Assembly (NCBI RefSeq): GCF_964355755.1
Contig: NC_092673.1
Coordinates: 6,882,001-6,946,000 of the forward strand
DNA: 64,000 nt
Reading direction: 5' to 3'
Source of the DNA: Antedon mediterranea
Lineage: Eukaryota > Animalia > Echinodermata
Position numbers and translations under genes: made by a program. The notes beneath the pieces are model-generated. The model made no database searches and was not told the origin of the DNA. It saw only the letters and a program-made list of their open reading frames with translations. This document shows, in pieces, positions 49,701 through 63,912 of the stretch. Position 1 is the first letter of the stretch. Every line of letters starts with the position of its first letter.

Positions 49701-52700
49701 AAGACTCCTTCGAGTAGGCTTTAATTTTAAAGACCGTTTACAGGTTAGACCGCGGTATAGCAATGGTCTATAATATAAGACTACTTGCTACGTCACGAAT
49801 TATAGCCGGCTAAGCGCTAAGACCGATTATAGACCGCTTATAGCAATCCACCCCACATCGTGTGTCTAACCTTTACATCTATAGGAAAGCTTGACGTTTC
49901 CAAGGAAACTTAGAGCATTGGAGAAAGCACTCGAACATCAAATCCGGGAACTCAGAGAATTGAAGAACATTAATAAAGACGCACACTTGAAAAAAGATGT
50001 CGCCAGGGTAACTATTAAAGAGTGTTATGATAGTTAATAAGTCTAACAATTAATTGAATTCAAGCAGTTACGTCTCTATGACAAAATCTAGACACATTCT
50101 CAGCTCAGTAATTGTTATTTTTTCATAACAGCCCTAGCGCAAATTAATTAAATAGGTTATATAAATTATATTGAAAAATTCTAAATAATAATCCTAAAAG
50201 CAGTTGTAAAAGTAGTACATCTTTCTAATAGTTTTTTAAAAATATTTTATGTATGTAATGTATAAATATTAAAAATGTATTTTCCCCAAAAAACAAGAAA
50301 ATGAAGGTTAATTAAATCAGGATTTGAATGAGTTATTTTGTATTTGAAGTTTTAATAAGCTTAATCACTTAAGATACTGTTTTTATTTATAAAATTACAA
50401 AATAAAATGGTTAAATTCAACCAAAAACGCATTGGCTGGATTTACTAAATTGTAAAGGTTAATTATATTTTTGTCGGTCCAATTTTGGGTAAAAGTGAAT
50501 AACTATTATGTAACATTAAAATAGCATATTCAACAACAAAACAATGTTAAGGTTTATTTTTCAGGGGACAACAACTTCAATATTTAGTTTTTCTTCTTTT
50601 TGAAATGTATTCTTGATAACTTGATAACTACTTTTAAAACAATCTTTCAAGCTTTAAGCATCATAACTAAGAACTTATAACACAAGAATCTCCTGTTCTT
50701 CAATGATCATAATCTGCTATCCCATTGTCACTTTTCTTTTTCAAATTGATTGATGTGTGATTTTGATTTCTTTGCTTATGGATCAATCAAAATTAATAAT
50801 ATTATCATCAGAAAATAATTTGTTTGTAATAGGCTGAACTTACTGAAATTGAGCAACATATTATGGAGGCCAGACGATCACGTGAAAAGAAGCTTGTGCA
50901 GATGAAAAAGAAGGCTGAGAAACAGAAAGAAATTGCCGACAAAGTCGATAGACGGGCACGTGCTTTCCTACAAACGGACGAACAGACAATCGGTAAGTTA
51001 TTTTATACTAAAAGACAAAAGACAATGCATATATGGGCACATCACATTGTTTAGTTTCACAATGTTTAATAGTGTAGACAGAGCTTAGATTATTCCTTTG
51101 TGTCGACTGATACGGCAACGACAGGGGCTGATTTGGACAAAAAGTACACCGGGGTAACCCCCTACTTTTCCGGAATTTAGTGAGGGTGCCACCCCTATCA
51201 TTTTATTAAGACTTGCGTCGGTCCATACCGCTGAACAACCTGTTTGAAATTGTTTTTTACAGATCCTCAGCAAAAAGCAAAACAAGACGAGACCTGTTGG
51301 AAGAAAGTCACCAGTTACGAGGACGCCTTCCAGCGCATCAAAGACGCAACAGGTGTATCTGACATCGAAGAGATACTGCAGAGATTCCACGGACAGAACC
51401 ACACAATGGAGCATTTGGAAAAGCAGAAAATATCGGTGGAGAAGCAGAAGAACTGGCTAATAGAACAGAAGAGCCAGCAGCAGAAGCAGTATGAAGCTAT
51501 GAAATACAGCGGTGAAAGCAACATGTCGCAGTTAGTAGCCTACAGCTTTTTAATTAAATTTCTTAAATTCCTTAGTAAAATGGTGGGAATGTGGCGCTGC
51601 TATATTGGGTTTACGAAAAGAGAAGTGTATCGACAATATGCTTAGATGCATTCCGATGATGATAGACATAGACATGATGATGATGATATGATAATGACGA
51701 TGATACAGTCATGCGTGAATGTTAAGTATAAGTATAAACACGTCATGTATGTGTGCCAAAAACAAATAAACCGAAACTAGGGTGTTGAATACTGTTAAGC
51801 TTATAAATTGCCTCTTTCATTCACCATTGTCATAGGTAACGTATCATCGATGTATTATTTTGTAATTGATAAAACCGCTAGTATGTTCTAATAAAGGTAT
51901 TGATAACTTGTTAACAGGGGTGAGCAGATGCTGGAAAAAATGCATGATCACCTCAAACAGCAGACTGAGAGGGCTGCCTCGCTTAACACGCACATTGACA
52001 ACGCAACTCGCACAACAGTGGATATCATTAGTGGCATCAATCATCTCTACGAAACATTTAAAGATGTGAAACTTAAACCAGTAAGAAAACAAAAGATATT
52101 TACTCTACCCTTCCTTCGATATAATTCCGATACGGTTGGGAAGTGGGCTACATTTGTAATTTAAAACCGTTTCGTCTGAACACAGAAGAAACTAAACCGC
52201 AATTTAACTCCGATACATCGCAATTTAACTCCAATATCTATGTATTATAATCGCATTATCGTTTGATTTTGTAGCCAATGAGGAACAACGCTTTCAGTGG
52301 GGATTCTCTAGACCAACTTGCGGTCTCAACTAACAAACTAGCCAAACTGATGTCCACAGTTTCAAAAACGAAAGATGTCAAAATTCGACATACAGCCGAG
52401 TTCAGTGAATTTATGGAAAATCGTCTGCCAAATGAAAATTTACGCATACGCATCCAAGATACAGTACCTTACGAAGACGGTAAGTTGTTTAAAATATTAA
52501 ATCTATAAATAAAATCCATTGGCATTGCATTGATAATATAAATAGATAACGGAGTTTTGTTCTCTGTGACGATTAGGGTTTTTTCGCCACGCTCATGATA
52601 TGGGTGCCGCTTCACATCAGGCCACACATAAAAAGAATACAGTATTCAAAGCTAAGAATTTAAATACTCTACACACGTTGCTTTCTAAGAAGCTTTTACG

Positions 52701-53167
52701 AGAAAACCGGGGTGGATAAGCCGATGTAAAATCTTTTACAGATACAGATTTAGGGACCTTGGGATTTGCCAAAATATAGGATTAAAAATAGTTCATATGA
52801 ATAAATTGTGCGCATGTAGGAGACATTTCGACGGGCGTCCTTACTATTTTCAACAATGCAGTCTCGGCGCCGAATTCTGACTAACAACACACTAATGCGT
52901 AGATATAACTAATTGTTGTTGTAAATCGGAATGTCTCTTAGGTAACAGTACAGGCTATTCCTACATTTATCAGCTTTTTCTTTTGTAAAATACACAATAA
53001 CAAAATAAACTAACTTTGTAAATATTTTTTATATTATAGATGACTTTGGCTACGACAGTCAGGACAATGAGGACATGCTGACCAATAATGACATCAAGTT
53101 ACAAGGTCAAGTTCTGATGGACCAAAGGAAGCTAAAAAAGAGAGCACGACGAGTTAAAAGACGATAG
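46728..53167 (+). CDS. ODAD3: ODAD3/CCDC151-like paralog, copy B (~536 aa); exons 46728-46809, 47146-47270, 47722-47799, 48153-48326, 48511-48615, 49885-50007, 50833-50992, 51263-51530, 51918-52080, 52275-52479, 53040-53167
   Basis: Eleven GT-AG exons join in phase (1611 nt). Motifs: ERDHKAYYESSQ, IRIIENNLEKA, EESLTF, YEDAFQRIKDATGVSD, AMKYSGE, ENRLPNENLRI, acidic then basic C-terminus. AATAAA at 53241. Confidence 0.88.
49326..49853. mobile_element. MITE with 3-bp TSD (PIF/Harbinger-like)
   Basis: cac-GGGTGGATTGCTATAA ... TTATAGCAATCCACCC-cac; internal TTGCTATA/TATAGCAA subrepeats. Confidence 0.8.
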
Positions 53168-53589
53168 AAAAGAAAACAATCAAATTGAAAATTAAAGCTA
53201 TCAAAGTGTTACTAAATGTAAACAATGATTCTATTGATGTAATAAAATAAATAAATTATATATTGAAACGTCTTGTAATTAAAAACATGCCAAAAAGAAA
53301 ACCAAACAGAATTAGGTAAAAAGGTACTATAATATTGGGAATAATATCAGGAAAGACTGTATGGCAATGGGGTTGTGTTTCCATCCCTTCCTTCTCTAAT
53401 GAATTAAAACATGAAAGCAAAAAAATCGTTGCTTAAGCCTAGACATGAGAAATGATGTGAAGCATGAAGGAAAAATAATCTTATTATAGGTGAAGGTTAT
53501 ATCACATGGCCAATCATAATATTCTATCACTATCACCATCATCATCGTCACTATCACCGCTACCGACATAACCCCCACCATTGCCAGAA

Positions 53590-54535
53590 CCACCACCACC
53601 ATATAACAACCATAACCACCACTACCATAAACAACCATAACCACCACCACCATAAACAACCATAACCACCACCACCATAACAACCATAACCACCACCACC
53701 ATAAACAACCATAACCACCACCACCATAAACAACCATAACCACCACCACCATAAACAACCATAACCACCACCACCATAAACAACCATAACCACCACCACC
53801 ATAAACAACCATAACCACCACCACCATAAACAACCATAACCACCACCACCATAAACAACCATAACCACCACCACCATAAACAACCATAACCACCACCACC
53901 ATAAACAACCATAACCACCACCACCATAAACAACCATAACCACCACTACCATATAACAACCATAACCACCACTACCATAAACAACCATAACCACCACCAC
54001 CATAAACAACCATAACCACCACCACCATAAACAACCATAACCACCACCACCATAAACAACCATAACCACCACTACCATATAACAACAACCATAACCACCA
54101 CTACCATAAACAACCATAACCACCACCACCATAAACAACCATAACCACCACCACCATAAACAACCATAACCACCACTACCATAAACAACCATAACCACCA
54201 CTACCATAAACAACCATAACCACCACCACCATAACAACCATAACCACCACCACCATAAACAACCATAACCACCACCACCATAAACAACCATAACCACCAC
54301 CACCATAAACAACCATAACCACCACCACCATAAACAACCATAACCACCACCACCATAAACAACCATAACCACCACCACCATAACAACCATAACCACCACT
54401 ACCATAAACAACCATAACCACCACCACCATAAACAACCATAACCACCACCACCATAAACAACCATAACCACCACTACCATAAACAACCATAACCACCACC
54501 ACCATAACAACCATAACCACCACTACCATAAACAG
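53590..54535. repeat. 25-bp minisatellite (AAACAACCATAACCACCACCACCAT)n
   Basis: Period 25 by direct reading; produces spurious W/V/G-rich ORFs. Confidence 0.95.
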
Positions 54536-55213
54536 CATAATAACGATGGATCATCGGTATAGTTTCCTACATCTGATTCCTATAAACTCAACACATTCAT
54601 CACCATTAATATTGACAAGACAATCAAGACAATTATGACAACGGGAATGTTTTATTCGAGCAAAATAATGTGAATTGGTGAACGAATTTAAGATGAAAAT
54701 ATGTCATATCGTCATCTTTCACATGCAATTATTTGCCCTATTGCATTCATAAACATCAACTATTTGTATATTAATTAAATTTTAATTATTTGGTTAGTAT
54801 TATTTCAAATTCAATGCAACCTCTGTTTGAATAGCTTTCTACATGGCATTTTAACTTTCGGCGTATAAGAAATCCAACATTTCTATCGTCTATTTTGAAA
54901 TATACTTCGATATTGAGAGCCAAGAACGTCAATTTTTCGCCTTCTCATTTATTTTTTGCTAGACTATGTGTCACAATTAAGGTGTCAACACGTTTGATAG
55001 AGTAGTTGAACAGAAGTTCTAGGCTACTCACATATCATGCAGCTTCCCCTCGGCTTTGAATTCTGATCAGTTGCCACTGATTATAGGCTACTGCGATTAT
55101 ATTTTGGTTAGATTACTATATTATATTTCTGTACGGCCTGATTAATGTACGGCCGTTTAATATTTATCAATGCAAAAAATCGATTTCCTATTGGTTTGTG
55201 GGTAATGTCTAGA

Positions 55214-55352
55214 AAGCTATATCTACACTATAAAATTATTTTGACAAACAAAAGTGCGATTTGCCCAAGTATGGTATTGATATGCCCAAGTATATGACAT
55301 CATCATGTCAATATAATATGGGCAAATCACATTTTTTGTCACATAAAGTTTG
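55214..55352. mobile_element. Short palindromic MITE; relatives at ~9955-10010, ~12108-12210 and ~51030-51086
   Basis: AGCTATATCTACACTAT...GGGCA(C/A)ATCACA...ATAATGTAAACAGAACT motif set recurs four times in the window. Confidence 0.55.
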
Positions 55353-56037
55353 ATAATGTAAACAGAACTTTAGTTCTGCATTGTAATTCTGAGATAGGTG
55401 GAGATAATTCAATAACTTTTGTGGAAACGTAGATTGATAACATTATAGGACCATAGTATTTATAACATTTTAGCATACGGTATTGTGTATCTGTCTTAGC
55501 TTTAAAAAATGAAGGAATTGTTAACGCATGGATATAGAAGGGCCTAATGAAAAATATAATTTGTTTGAAATAGAGAAACAAAATTGTTATAATTTGATTA
55601 TTTGTTGAAAGTGATACTGTAACCGATAATCAAACTATTCAATTAGTATTTATTTTGAGAGTGGTATGAATGCATGCGTGCTTGGCAAGATATTTGCATT
55701 ATGGTAATTAATTACATTATAGCTGTAACAAAAAAATCGTTCTTAATTTTACAATGTATTTTTCTATATTGTAAAAATTTAAAATTTAATAAAACGCTAT
55801 TACCTGCATTCAGGAGTGTCTTACCATTTCACGTCTATCGATACTCAACCTGTAAGAAAAGCACGATAAATGATTTAATAATATTGCTAAAATAAACATT
55901 TGTCATTTACCAAAGAACAGCTCTATGGAAACGAAGGAATCTGTTCTACGTACTGTGTTTAGGTATTCGTAAGAGAATTTTGGACAGATGCTATATTAAA
56001 AATGAATATTATATTCGCGTGTCTATCGCGACTATCT

Positions 56038-59000
56038 ATGTCCAAGTGTACTTTGTTTTATTGTACTATTTTTATTCTTATTTATACGTGTTATTCAGGT
56101 AGGTGTATGCATTTATTATTATACAAATAATTGTTTATTAGAATATATAAATATTTATGTAATGGTACAAATAATAGCATGAGGTGAATAATGAAAGGTT
56201 ATATTATAATTTGTTTTTACACACAATAAACTACTATTAAACGAACGTTCAATAGTGCGTACTATATTGCATGCCATGTAACCCACAATCGTCAAATACA
56301 ATGACAGGAATATATTTAGATATTATATAAAGTGTTTTAATTAACAATCTGTGTATCATTAAAGAGATTTAGAATTATGCGCATTCAACCTTTTTTAAAT
56401 AATTATATTCAGACAAAAAAGCAATATAAATCGCTATTAAAATGCAAAAAAATTTACTTTCATAAAAAAATACGCAAACAAATTATCGATTCACTCAATA
56501 CAAAGGATAGCAAAACATTTTGGATGAAGTTGAAGACAAAACAGAAATTATCTTGTGAACTTTCTATTAATCAATGTTATATTCATTTTAAGAACCTACA
56601 GTATTTAAAAACGATGAGTCTATTGGTAGCGTTGAGTTGCCAAAAATCACAGAATGCCAACAGAATGAAGACAATGATAATTTAAACCACGACATAACGT
56701 TGGATGAAATAAATAGAGCATTTAATTCTCAAAATAGTGGAAAAGCTCCCGGCATTGATGGAATGAATTTTGAATTCTTGCTAAACGCCCTCAACATTAT
56801 TTTTGATATTTTAAAAATTATTTTTAACGCTAATATTTTTAGTCGGAAAATTTCCCAAACAATGGGCAACAAGCTTAATTGTCCCAATTTTTAAAAATGG
56901 AGATAAAAACAAACCTGAAAATTATAGAGGTATTTCTTTAATTCCAATCCTAGGAAAAATATTTTTACATATTCTTAATTCTAGGTTAACACAATTTACA
57001 AATAGTAAAAAGTTAATTTATGAGGAACAAGCAGGCTTTCGTAAGGGATATAGAACGACAGATAATATATTCATTTTAGATACCGTCATCTCTAATACTT
57101 AGATAAAAAGCGGGGTAGGATTTTTGTTGATCTTAAACGTGCCTTTGACTCTATAAATCATACACTTTTACTACATAAGCTGAAATATATCGGTGTTTCA
57201 GGCAGAATGTTAAACATAATAAATTCCTTATACCAAAACTTATCTGCTCATGTTAAAATTGGCAACAAACTTAGTCCATCTTTTAATTGTTCGATTGGAG
57301 TACAACAAGGTTCTCCGTTGTCGTCTTTACTCTTTAATATTTACATTAATGATTTGAGTGGTATACTTAATCAGGTAAACGATTTCATTCAAATTGGAGA
57401 TTGTCATATGAATCATCTTCTTTATGCAGATGACTTAGTGCTTGTTAGTGATACGGTGAAAGGTCTCCAAAAATTAATAAATAAACTTGAACTTTATTGT
57501 GATACTTTGGAAACTTACTGTAAACACTACAAAATCCAAAATTTGGTTTTTAAAAATGGCCGCAATTTAAGGAACATTGAAAAATGGAAGTATAAAAATA
57601 TTCAATTAAAAATTGTTAATTCGTATAATTATCTTCGTTTATTTTTAGTTCAAATGGTGCATGGAACAACTCAATGCAACATAATCAACAAAAAGCAAAT
57701 CAAAGTTTATTCTGCTTAAAATCATTTATTTATCGTAACTTATCTTATCTTCCAAGTAATACATGGAACCATATTTTTGATGTGAAAATACTTCCTATTT
57801 TAACGTATGGAAGCGAAATCTGGGGAATGTCAGATAGCACAAACATTATTGAAAAAACACATACTAAATTTTGTAGATACTTATTGCAAGTTGGGAAAAT
57901 GCACCAAATTCCGCTTTTATAAAACTTCTGAGTTAGATAGATTACCGCTTTCTTTGGATTGTTTAGTTACAGATTTTGGTTACATATTATTACTTTAGAT
58001 CATGACAGATTCATTTTTAAGTGTTATGAGTTTCAACTTAAAAAAGTTAACCGTAATGAGAATTGTTGGGCACAACAGGTCAAACACTTACTTTATTCTA
58101 CTGGTTTTGGTTATATATGGTTACAACAATATGTTAATAGTAAAGGTTTATTTTTGAGAGATTTAAGTTGCGCTTATGTGATATTGAAAAACAAAAATGC
58201 ATTCAACAATTTAGTTTACATAATAAGTTAAGGCTCTTTTCTCTTTATAAAAAAAAAATATGTTTAAGTTATCACTTGACCAACATCATTAATTTTAAAC
58301 TAAGAAGATTAATTAACTAAGTTACGTTTAGGGATATTAGAGCTAGAAATTGAAAAGGGCAGATGGGAGGGTGTAGAAAGATATAAGAGAACGTGTAAAT
58401 TATGTAAAAAGAACATTGTTGAGGATCATTTTATTTTGCAATGCACATTTTATAATGATTTAAAAAAAAGTTTAATTCCAAGATTTATTCGTGTTTTTCC
58501 TTCTATTAATAAGCTATGTTTATTACTTTCCAACACAAATTTTACTTATAATTTAGGAAAATACGTCTACTTTGCCTTTGAAAGAAGAAACCATTAACTT
58601 AAGTTATAGTTATTTTTTATTTGTTTGTATTAGGGCCAAAAGCCAATATACATTGAACCAATAAATTCCCTGAAAAAAGGGAAAGAAGAAGAAGAAGAAG
58701 TATAAGTAGAATAGTACAATGCAATAGTAATACTATTTTACTGAAACCATACTAACTATTAATAGTAATAACTAAATTACAATAGCCTATCACATGCCAT
58801 TATAATTACTTGCGTTGTAATTATAAGGCATGAGTTTTTTTGCACGATAACGCCAAGTTTAAAAACAAATTACAATACAAAATATATACAATAATAAGTA
58901 ACTATATTATTTATACAGTAATTATACATTCCATGGCCTCGATATTTCTTTTCGTACATAAGTTGAGGACCTCTCATGAAATGTCACAAAATAAACATGA

Positions 59001-62000
59001 ATATTCATTAGTCGTATTCATAAGGTGTGACGAAAAAATTGAGGAACTAGAATTCTCTAATGCAAACGCTTTATGAGAGCCGTCTGTGTAGTCGAATGGA
59101 TTATACTAGACTTTACATATCGATGTATGGGGCTCGATTACCATGAGGAACTTCGTTTTACTTTATAGTGAAATACAGATTATTTAGAGGGTTAGGTTTA
59201 ATAGGTAGTAGTAGTATTTCATCTTTCACATAAGTGGTCCCCAATTTATGTACGACAAAATCGCTTTCAGGCCTTATGCCTATAATAACCTAACTTTAAT
59301 TAGTTTGGAAAGTTGTACGATTACACCATGTTATCTTCCTTATTAACAAAACATTCTGAAAAATATAAATAAAATAAAATATAGGCCTACTGTAACACTA
59401 TAACTTATACAATATAATGTATTAGTGGTGATTTGATATCTTAAGCAAGTTTTTCTTTTTCTTTTATTCTTATGGTTTTGTTTTTCTAATTAATTGCACA
59501 GAGGACTTTGTCCTAATAATAGACGCCGACTATGATGCCATTTTCAAATCGACAATACCAGAAGGGATTTGTCAGCAAAATCTTCAATTTTTACCCATCG
59601 CGAATATAAACCCAGTCTGGGGTGTATCTGTCAAGTATGACCCGATAGAAGACCGTGTGTATTGGACGGATATATCCAACGTGGTTGGTGCGCATGAAAA
59701 TACTGAAGGCATATATCGATCTTATCTGAACGGAACAAATATAGAAAGAATTGTCACTGCTTTAGGTAAGATTAACATGTTGGCCTTCCATACCTAATGT
59801 CAGTGTTCAGTTGTAATTCAAGGCTCTCCAAATAAGACTTAGTTTATAAGCATGATAAATAACTTATCCATCCTGTAATATGCGATGTTCTAGATAATGG
59901 ATGCGTATGAAATACACAAAAAGCGTTTTGTAAGAATCATTTGTTGGTTATATAATAAGGCAATAGTATCTTTACCATCTGATTGTTTTTGATGCGACAA
60001 TCATCAACATTAATTATTTGTATTCCTTTGAACATAGTCTCAATAACTTCTCTCTGATTGCCTGTGAAGGATGATATGGCAATATATTTTAATTTATTTT
60101 GATATAGTATTATATGCATTTTGAATGTTTACACAAATTTTATTCTAAATGTTTTTATACAATCAGTGCAATAGGAGACCTATACTAGATTGTGATTAGG
60201 TTCACTTTGTAGGAATCTTTCTCTGCCTGGATTTGTGTGATGTTTTCTTGTCCACGGTTTTTTTATTTATGTTGTATTTTATGAAGACAAAATAAATGAA
60301 ATGAAAAAAGAAATAGTCGGCGTATTCGACTGGAAAACTAACTATTCGTTGTAAGCCAGACTGTCATAAATCGTTTAAATATAACAATGGTATAGATAAA
60401 ATATTATTATTCTTATTAAATCCATAAATATTCATTATTTGAATGATTAAATTACATCTTTTTTTAAACAGAAATTTACTCGATGGCATTGGACACAGTT
60501 AATCGAAAGATTTACTACATACAACCTGCTTATGACACAGGAGATCATGCACTGTTAAAGACAAACTTAGACGGATCCGGAGTTGAAACCGTTAAATCGG
60601 TTTCAACAGCCTACACCAGAGATTTAGTTATTAGTGTGGAAAATGAGTAAGAATATATCACTTCTAATAAAAAAATGTACTCAATGAACGTAAAAGAAAA
60701 TATTATACCCGCGTGCTATTTGTTTGTACTATTTATTTTCCAGTTTGGTTTTCTATGCAATAAAATTTGGAGTCGTCCATTTTCAGTTGTCTAATCCGAT
60801 ATTTGAAATGATAAACGTTGCACAAGACTGGGTTTTCGCAATCGCTGTGGATTTCATAGGTATATGACATGAGCACCACACTACAACCAGTCATAAAATA
60901 AACTAATTTATTTATATAGCATAACTTCCAACATATTCCGGCACATAAATCACAACTTTTTAAATAATTTTAGTCATATTGTACCACGACCACCAATTAA
61001 AATGACAAATTGGTTTATAAACCGTGATTACACGACCACCTATTATATAATTCTACTGCGTACTATCGCATCACAACTTATCATCTAGTTCCGTTTACAA
61101 TGAGTTGTATAACGTGAGTGTATCAATGAGTCTACAGATACCGAAGGGGTAACTTCGTAATAAAAGACTCGCATACAGGTGACTTGCGATAACCAGTTAA
61201 TATCTATCTAGTGACAGCGGCAGAATCGGTTGTTTAAAATAGACAGTTGTTAGCGCAGTCATCCTTGTTATGTAGTAGATTGCCGTTAATTTGATTTAAT
61301 TTTAACTTAATTATCACAATTATTCTGTTTATGGCCATTGTACAGTAAGGTAGGAATAAAATATAAAATGAAAACGTTGATTAATATTTTAATATTAATA
61401 ATAGCTGGATAAAACGTTATTTAAATTGGTATGAATTTTGTTTACAAAGTAAAACTTTAAGTTATCGTTATTGTTTTTTTAGCTGAAATGGTTTACTGGA
61501 GCGACCAAGCTGAAAATCAAATAAAGATAGCGGACATTGACCTTGTGGATGCTCGTACTTTTGTAAATTTGCCGTGTGGCTCTACTACAGAAGATATAGC
61601 TATATATGCAAATAGTGTATATTGGTTATGCCGAACGGACAAACTTTACCGAGCCGACAAAGTAACGGGGAACAATATTAAAAGAGTCAGTGATAAAGTA
61701 TTTATGAGGCCACTTGGAATATTCATATGTGACGGTAAGACATCATATTATATTCAGTACTTACTTTAGGTGGCGCAATTTATGATTTTCATCATCAACA
61801 AGTGTAAGAGCGGTTTCGAATAAAATGCTAACTTCTTTGATTATGCATCCCTATAACAGTTAATTGTTCTAAGTGAAAAAATATAATTGACATTTTTTTT
61901 ATTTCATATGCCTGACAGGGACGTGGAAATTACACAAAAATTGGTCAGTAAATAAAAACAGTTCTCCAAAAACTACAACGTTTACGATCCACGTATCGGT

Positions 62001-63912
62001 AGTCATTTTATGTAATTTCGACCACCAAATTCACGTATTCATATAAGTTATACTGTATCTAAAATATTATATTATATTTCCTTTTTCAGCCTTCCATACC
62101 TCCCGATTCACTCATTAAATTAATAATAATTAAAAACAAACGATAATTGAACAACCGACAAACAGAAAACAAGTATAACGTATAGCCTATTTGCAAAAAT
62201 TGATATTTTGATCAGTTTATCACGATAAATTCAGCTGAACAAACGAAAAACAGAAAACAAGTATAGCAGAAATCGATATTTTAATCAGTTTATTATGAAC
62301 TTGGTTGAAACATTAACTCAATAATAATGTATGTTCAATTTAGATACAATGAGCGAAGCAGCTGGGAATATGTGTACAAAAGTTGCAAGTACGACAACAG
62401 CTTCTACAACGAACACACAACTCGATGGAGCAACAAACACAACAACTGATGCAACAATGTACACAACAACAGATGGAGTAAACGTTATAACAACAGTTGC
62501 TACAACGGCCACACAGCCTGTTGGAGCAACGGACACAACACCAGATGCTACAATGAACACAAAAACAGATGGAGCAAAATATATAACAGCTGCTACAACG
62601 GACACACAACCCGATGAAGCAATAGACACAACATATGCTACAATGGACACACAACCCGATGGAGCAACGGGCACATTACTAGCTACTACAACGGACACAG
62701 CAACAGATAGAGCAACGGACACAACAACAGCTGCTACAACGGACACACAATCCGATGGAGCAACGAACACACCACCAGCTGCTACAACGGACACACAACC
62801 CGATGGAGCAACGGGCACAACACCAGCTGCTACAACGGACACACAACCCGATGGAGCAACGGGCACAACACCAGCTGCTACAACGGACACACAACCCGAT
62901 GGAGCAACTGACACAAAAACAGCTGCTACAACGGACACACAATCCAATGGAGCAACGGGCACAACGCCAGCTGCTACAACGGACACAGCAACATATGGAT
63001 CAACTGACACAACAACAGCTGCTACAACGGACACACAATCCGATGGAGCAACGGGCACAACGCCTGCTGCTACAACGGACACAGCAACATATGGATCAAC
63101 GGACACAACAACAGCTGCTACAACAACGGACACAAAATCCGATGGAGCAACGAACACACCACCAGCTGCTACAACGGACACACAATCCGATGGATCAACG
63201 GGCACAACACCAGCTGCTACAACGGACACAGCAACATATGGATATACTGACACAACAACAGCTGCTACAACGGACACACAATCCGATGGAGCAACGGGCA
63301 CAACGCCAGCTGCTACAACGGACACAGAAACATATGGATCAACGGACACAACAACAGCTGCTACAACGGACACACAATCCGATGGAGCAACGGGCACAAC
63401 GCCAGCTGCTACAACGGACACAGCAACATATGGATCAACGGACACAACAACAGCTGCTACAACGGACACACAATCCGATGGAGCAACGAACACACCACCA
63501 GCTGCTACAACGGACACACAATCCGATGGAGCAACGAACACACCAACAGCTGCTAAAACGGACACACAATCCGATGGAGCAACGAACACACCAACAGCTG
63601 CTACAACGGACACACAATCCGATGGAGCAACGAACACACCACCAGCTGCTACAACGGACACACAATCCGATGGAGCAACGAACACACCAACAGCTGCTAC
63701 AACGGACACACAATCCGATGGAGCAACGAACACACCACCAGCTGCTACAACGGACACACAATCCGATGGAGCAACGAACACACCACCAGCTGCTACAACG
63801 GACACACAATCCGATGGAGCAACGAACACACCAACAGCTGCTACAACGGACACAGTAACTATGAATAATCCAAAACACACAACTGTCACAACAGTGACCA
63901 CGACCAATCAAG
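56038..63912 (+). CDS. Secreted or cell-surface protein: signal peptide + LDLR class B (YWTD) beta-propeller + long Thr-rich mucin domain; exons 56038-56098, 59502-59765, 60472-60646, 60744-60859, 61483-61734, 62344-63912; next exon probably starts at 63997 (partial)
   Basis: MSKCTLFYCTIFILIYTCYS signal-like exon (an in-frame ATG also at 56002); YDPIEDRVYWTD, RSYLNGT, ALDTVNRKIYY, NLDGSG, MVYWSD, SVYWL; all junctions are GT-AG and in phase (1,1,2,1,1,1). Confidence 0.82.
56350..58700 (+). mobile_element. 5'-truncated, frameshifted non-LTR retrotransposon (LINE) ORF2: reverse transcriptase plus C-terminal Cys/His motif
   Basis: KAPGIDG, NYRGISL, EQAGFRKG, VDLKRAFDSINH, GVQQGSPLSSLLFNIYINDL, HLLYADDLVL, LEIEKGRW..RTCKLC; several stops and frameshifts; AATAAA then a (GAA)n tail at ~58660-58700. 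Clade not resolved. Confidence 0.92.
62410..63855 (+). repeat. Coding 48-bp (16-aa) tandem repeat, about 30 units
   Basis: GATNTPPAATTDTQSD-type unit with period 48, inside the mucin exon. Confidence 0.92.

Noticed and set aside
53396-54538. W/V/G-rich ORFs and telomere-like appearance
   Set aside because: 25-bp minisatellite that cycles through frames; not TTAGGG repeats.
62318-63911. Antisense 529-aa and alternative-frame 367-aa ORFs as overlapping genes
   Set aside because: Shadows of the 48-bp repeat; only the Thr-rich frame matches the splice phases.
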